Source: an uncultured Acidobacteriota bacterium
GTDB taxonomy: Bacteria > Acidobacteriota > Thermoanaerobaculia > Multivoradales > UBA5704
Length of the DNA stretch: 64,000 nt
Direction of reading: 5' to 3'
NCBI GenBank assembly: GCA_963770895.1
Contig: CAVYRF010000002.1
Span: 4,320,001 to 4,384,000, forward strand
Shown here: piece by piece, positions 63,815 to 64,000 of the stretch
How positions within the stretch are numbered: the first letter of the stretch is position 1
How the letters are laid out: each line of letters starts with the position of its first letter
Notes under the pieces: generated by a model
Databases searched by the model: none
Told to the model about the DNA's origin: nothing
The model's input: only the letters and a program-made list of their open reading frames with translations
Translations under genes and position numbers: made by a program

Positions 63815-63904
63815 TCGTCTGCGCCTCGAAGGCTCCCCAATCTCGCGGCACGATTCGCCTGGCCGCTCGCGGAGGGCAAGGTCGAGCGTAACCCGCCGCT
63901 TGCC

Positions 63905-64000
63905 TCACCCTTGCGGCGAGGGACGGCGCACCAGGCTCTGAGCCGCATTGACCGGGTCCTGGAGCGATCCGCCGGTCTTGATGTCCAGCATCTTCACCAG
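63905..64000 (-). CDS. Probable C-terminus of a gene entering from the right edge
   Basis: Open frame LVKMLDIKTGGSLQDPVNAAQSLVRRPSPQG* with GC3-rich codons; too short to identify. Confidence 0.35.
   Translation of the reverse strand: MVKMLDIKTGGSLQDPVNAAQSLVRRPSPQG

Noticed and set aside
1-64000. rRNA, tRNA, transposase/integrase, MbtH and PPTase genes
   Set aside because: Looked for but no supporting motifs were seen; a small RNA could be missed without covariance-model searches.

Overview
A very GC-rich bacterial window. The duplicated ADOP-type ABC permeases and a DUF1570-like TPR protein suggest Acidobacteriota (inference). Bases 1-~51,300 are a co-directional, largely translationally coupled biosynthetic gene cluster. 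It contains an ABC permease, a T-C-A(Ser)-T NRPS and a 10,772-aa hybrid NRPS-PKS (5 NRPS modules, one KS-AT-degenerate KR-ACP module, 3 more NRPS modules, a terminal C domain, no TE). An unusual tailoring cassette follows: HemN-like radical SAM, two free ACPs, sulfotransferase-GrpB fusion, SDR, tandem SagB-like flavoprotein, two acyl-CoA dehydrogenase-like proteins, an AMP ligase, a divergent DapB, a FlK-type thioesterase and a GT39-like membrane glycosyltransferase. The right end holds an AraC/small Cys-protein/hydrolase unit, a TPR peptidase-like protein, a second permease, a secreted Cys protein, a precursor-like peptide with a Cys-rich partner, and a TIR-STAND-TPR gene broken by one in-frame TAG. 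Notable details: a 39-nt hairpin element inserted in frame in three NRPS T-C linkers, an apparently excised epimerase domain, and A-domain codes I could not assign. All calls come from motif reading by eye; no database searches were run, and domain boundaries are approximate.
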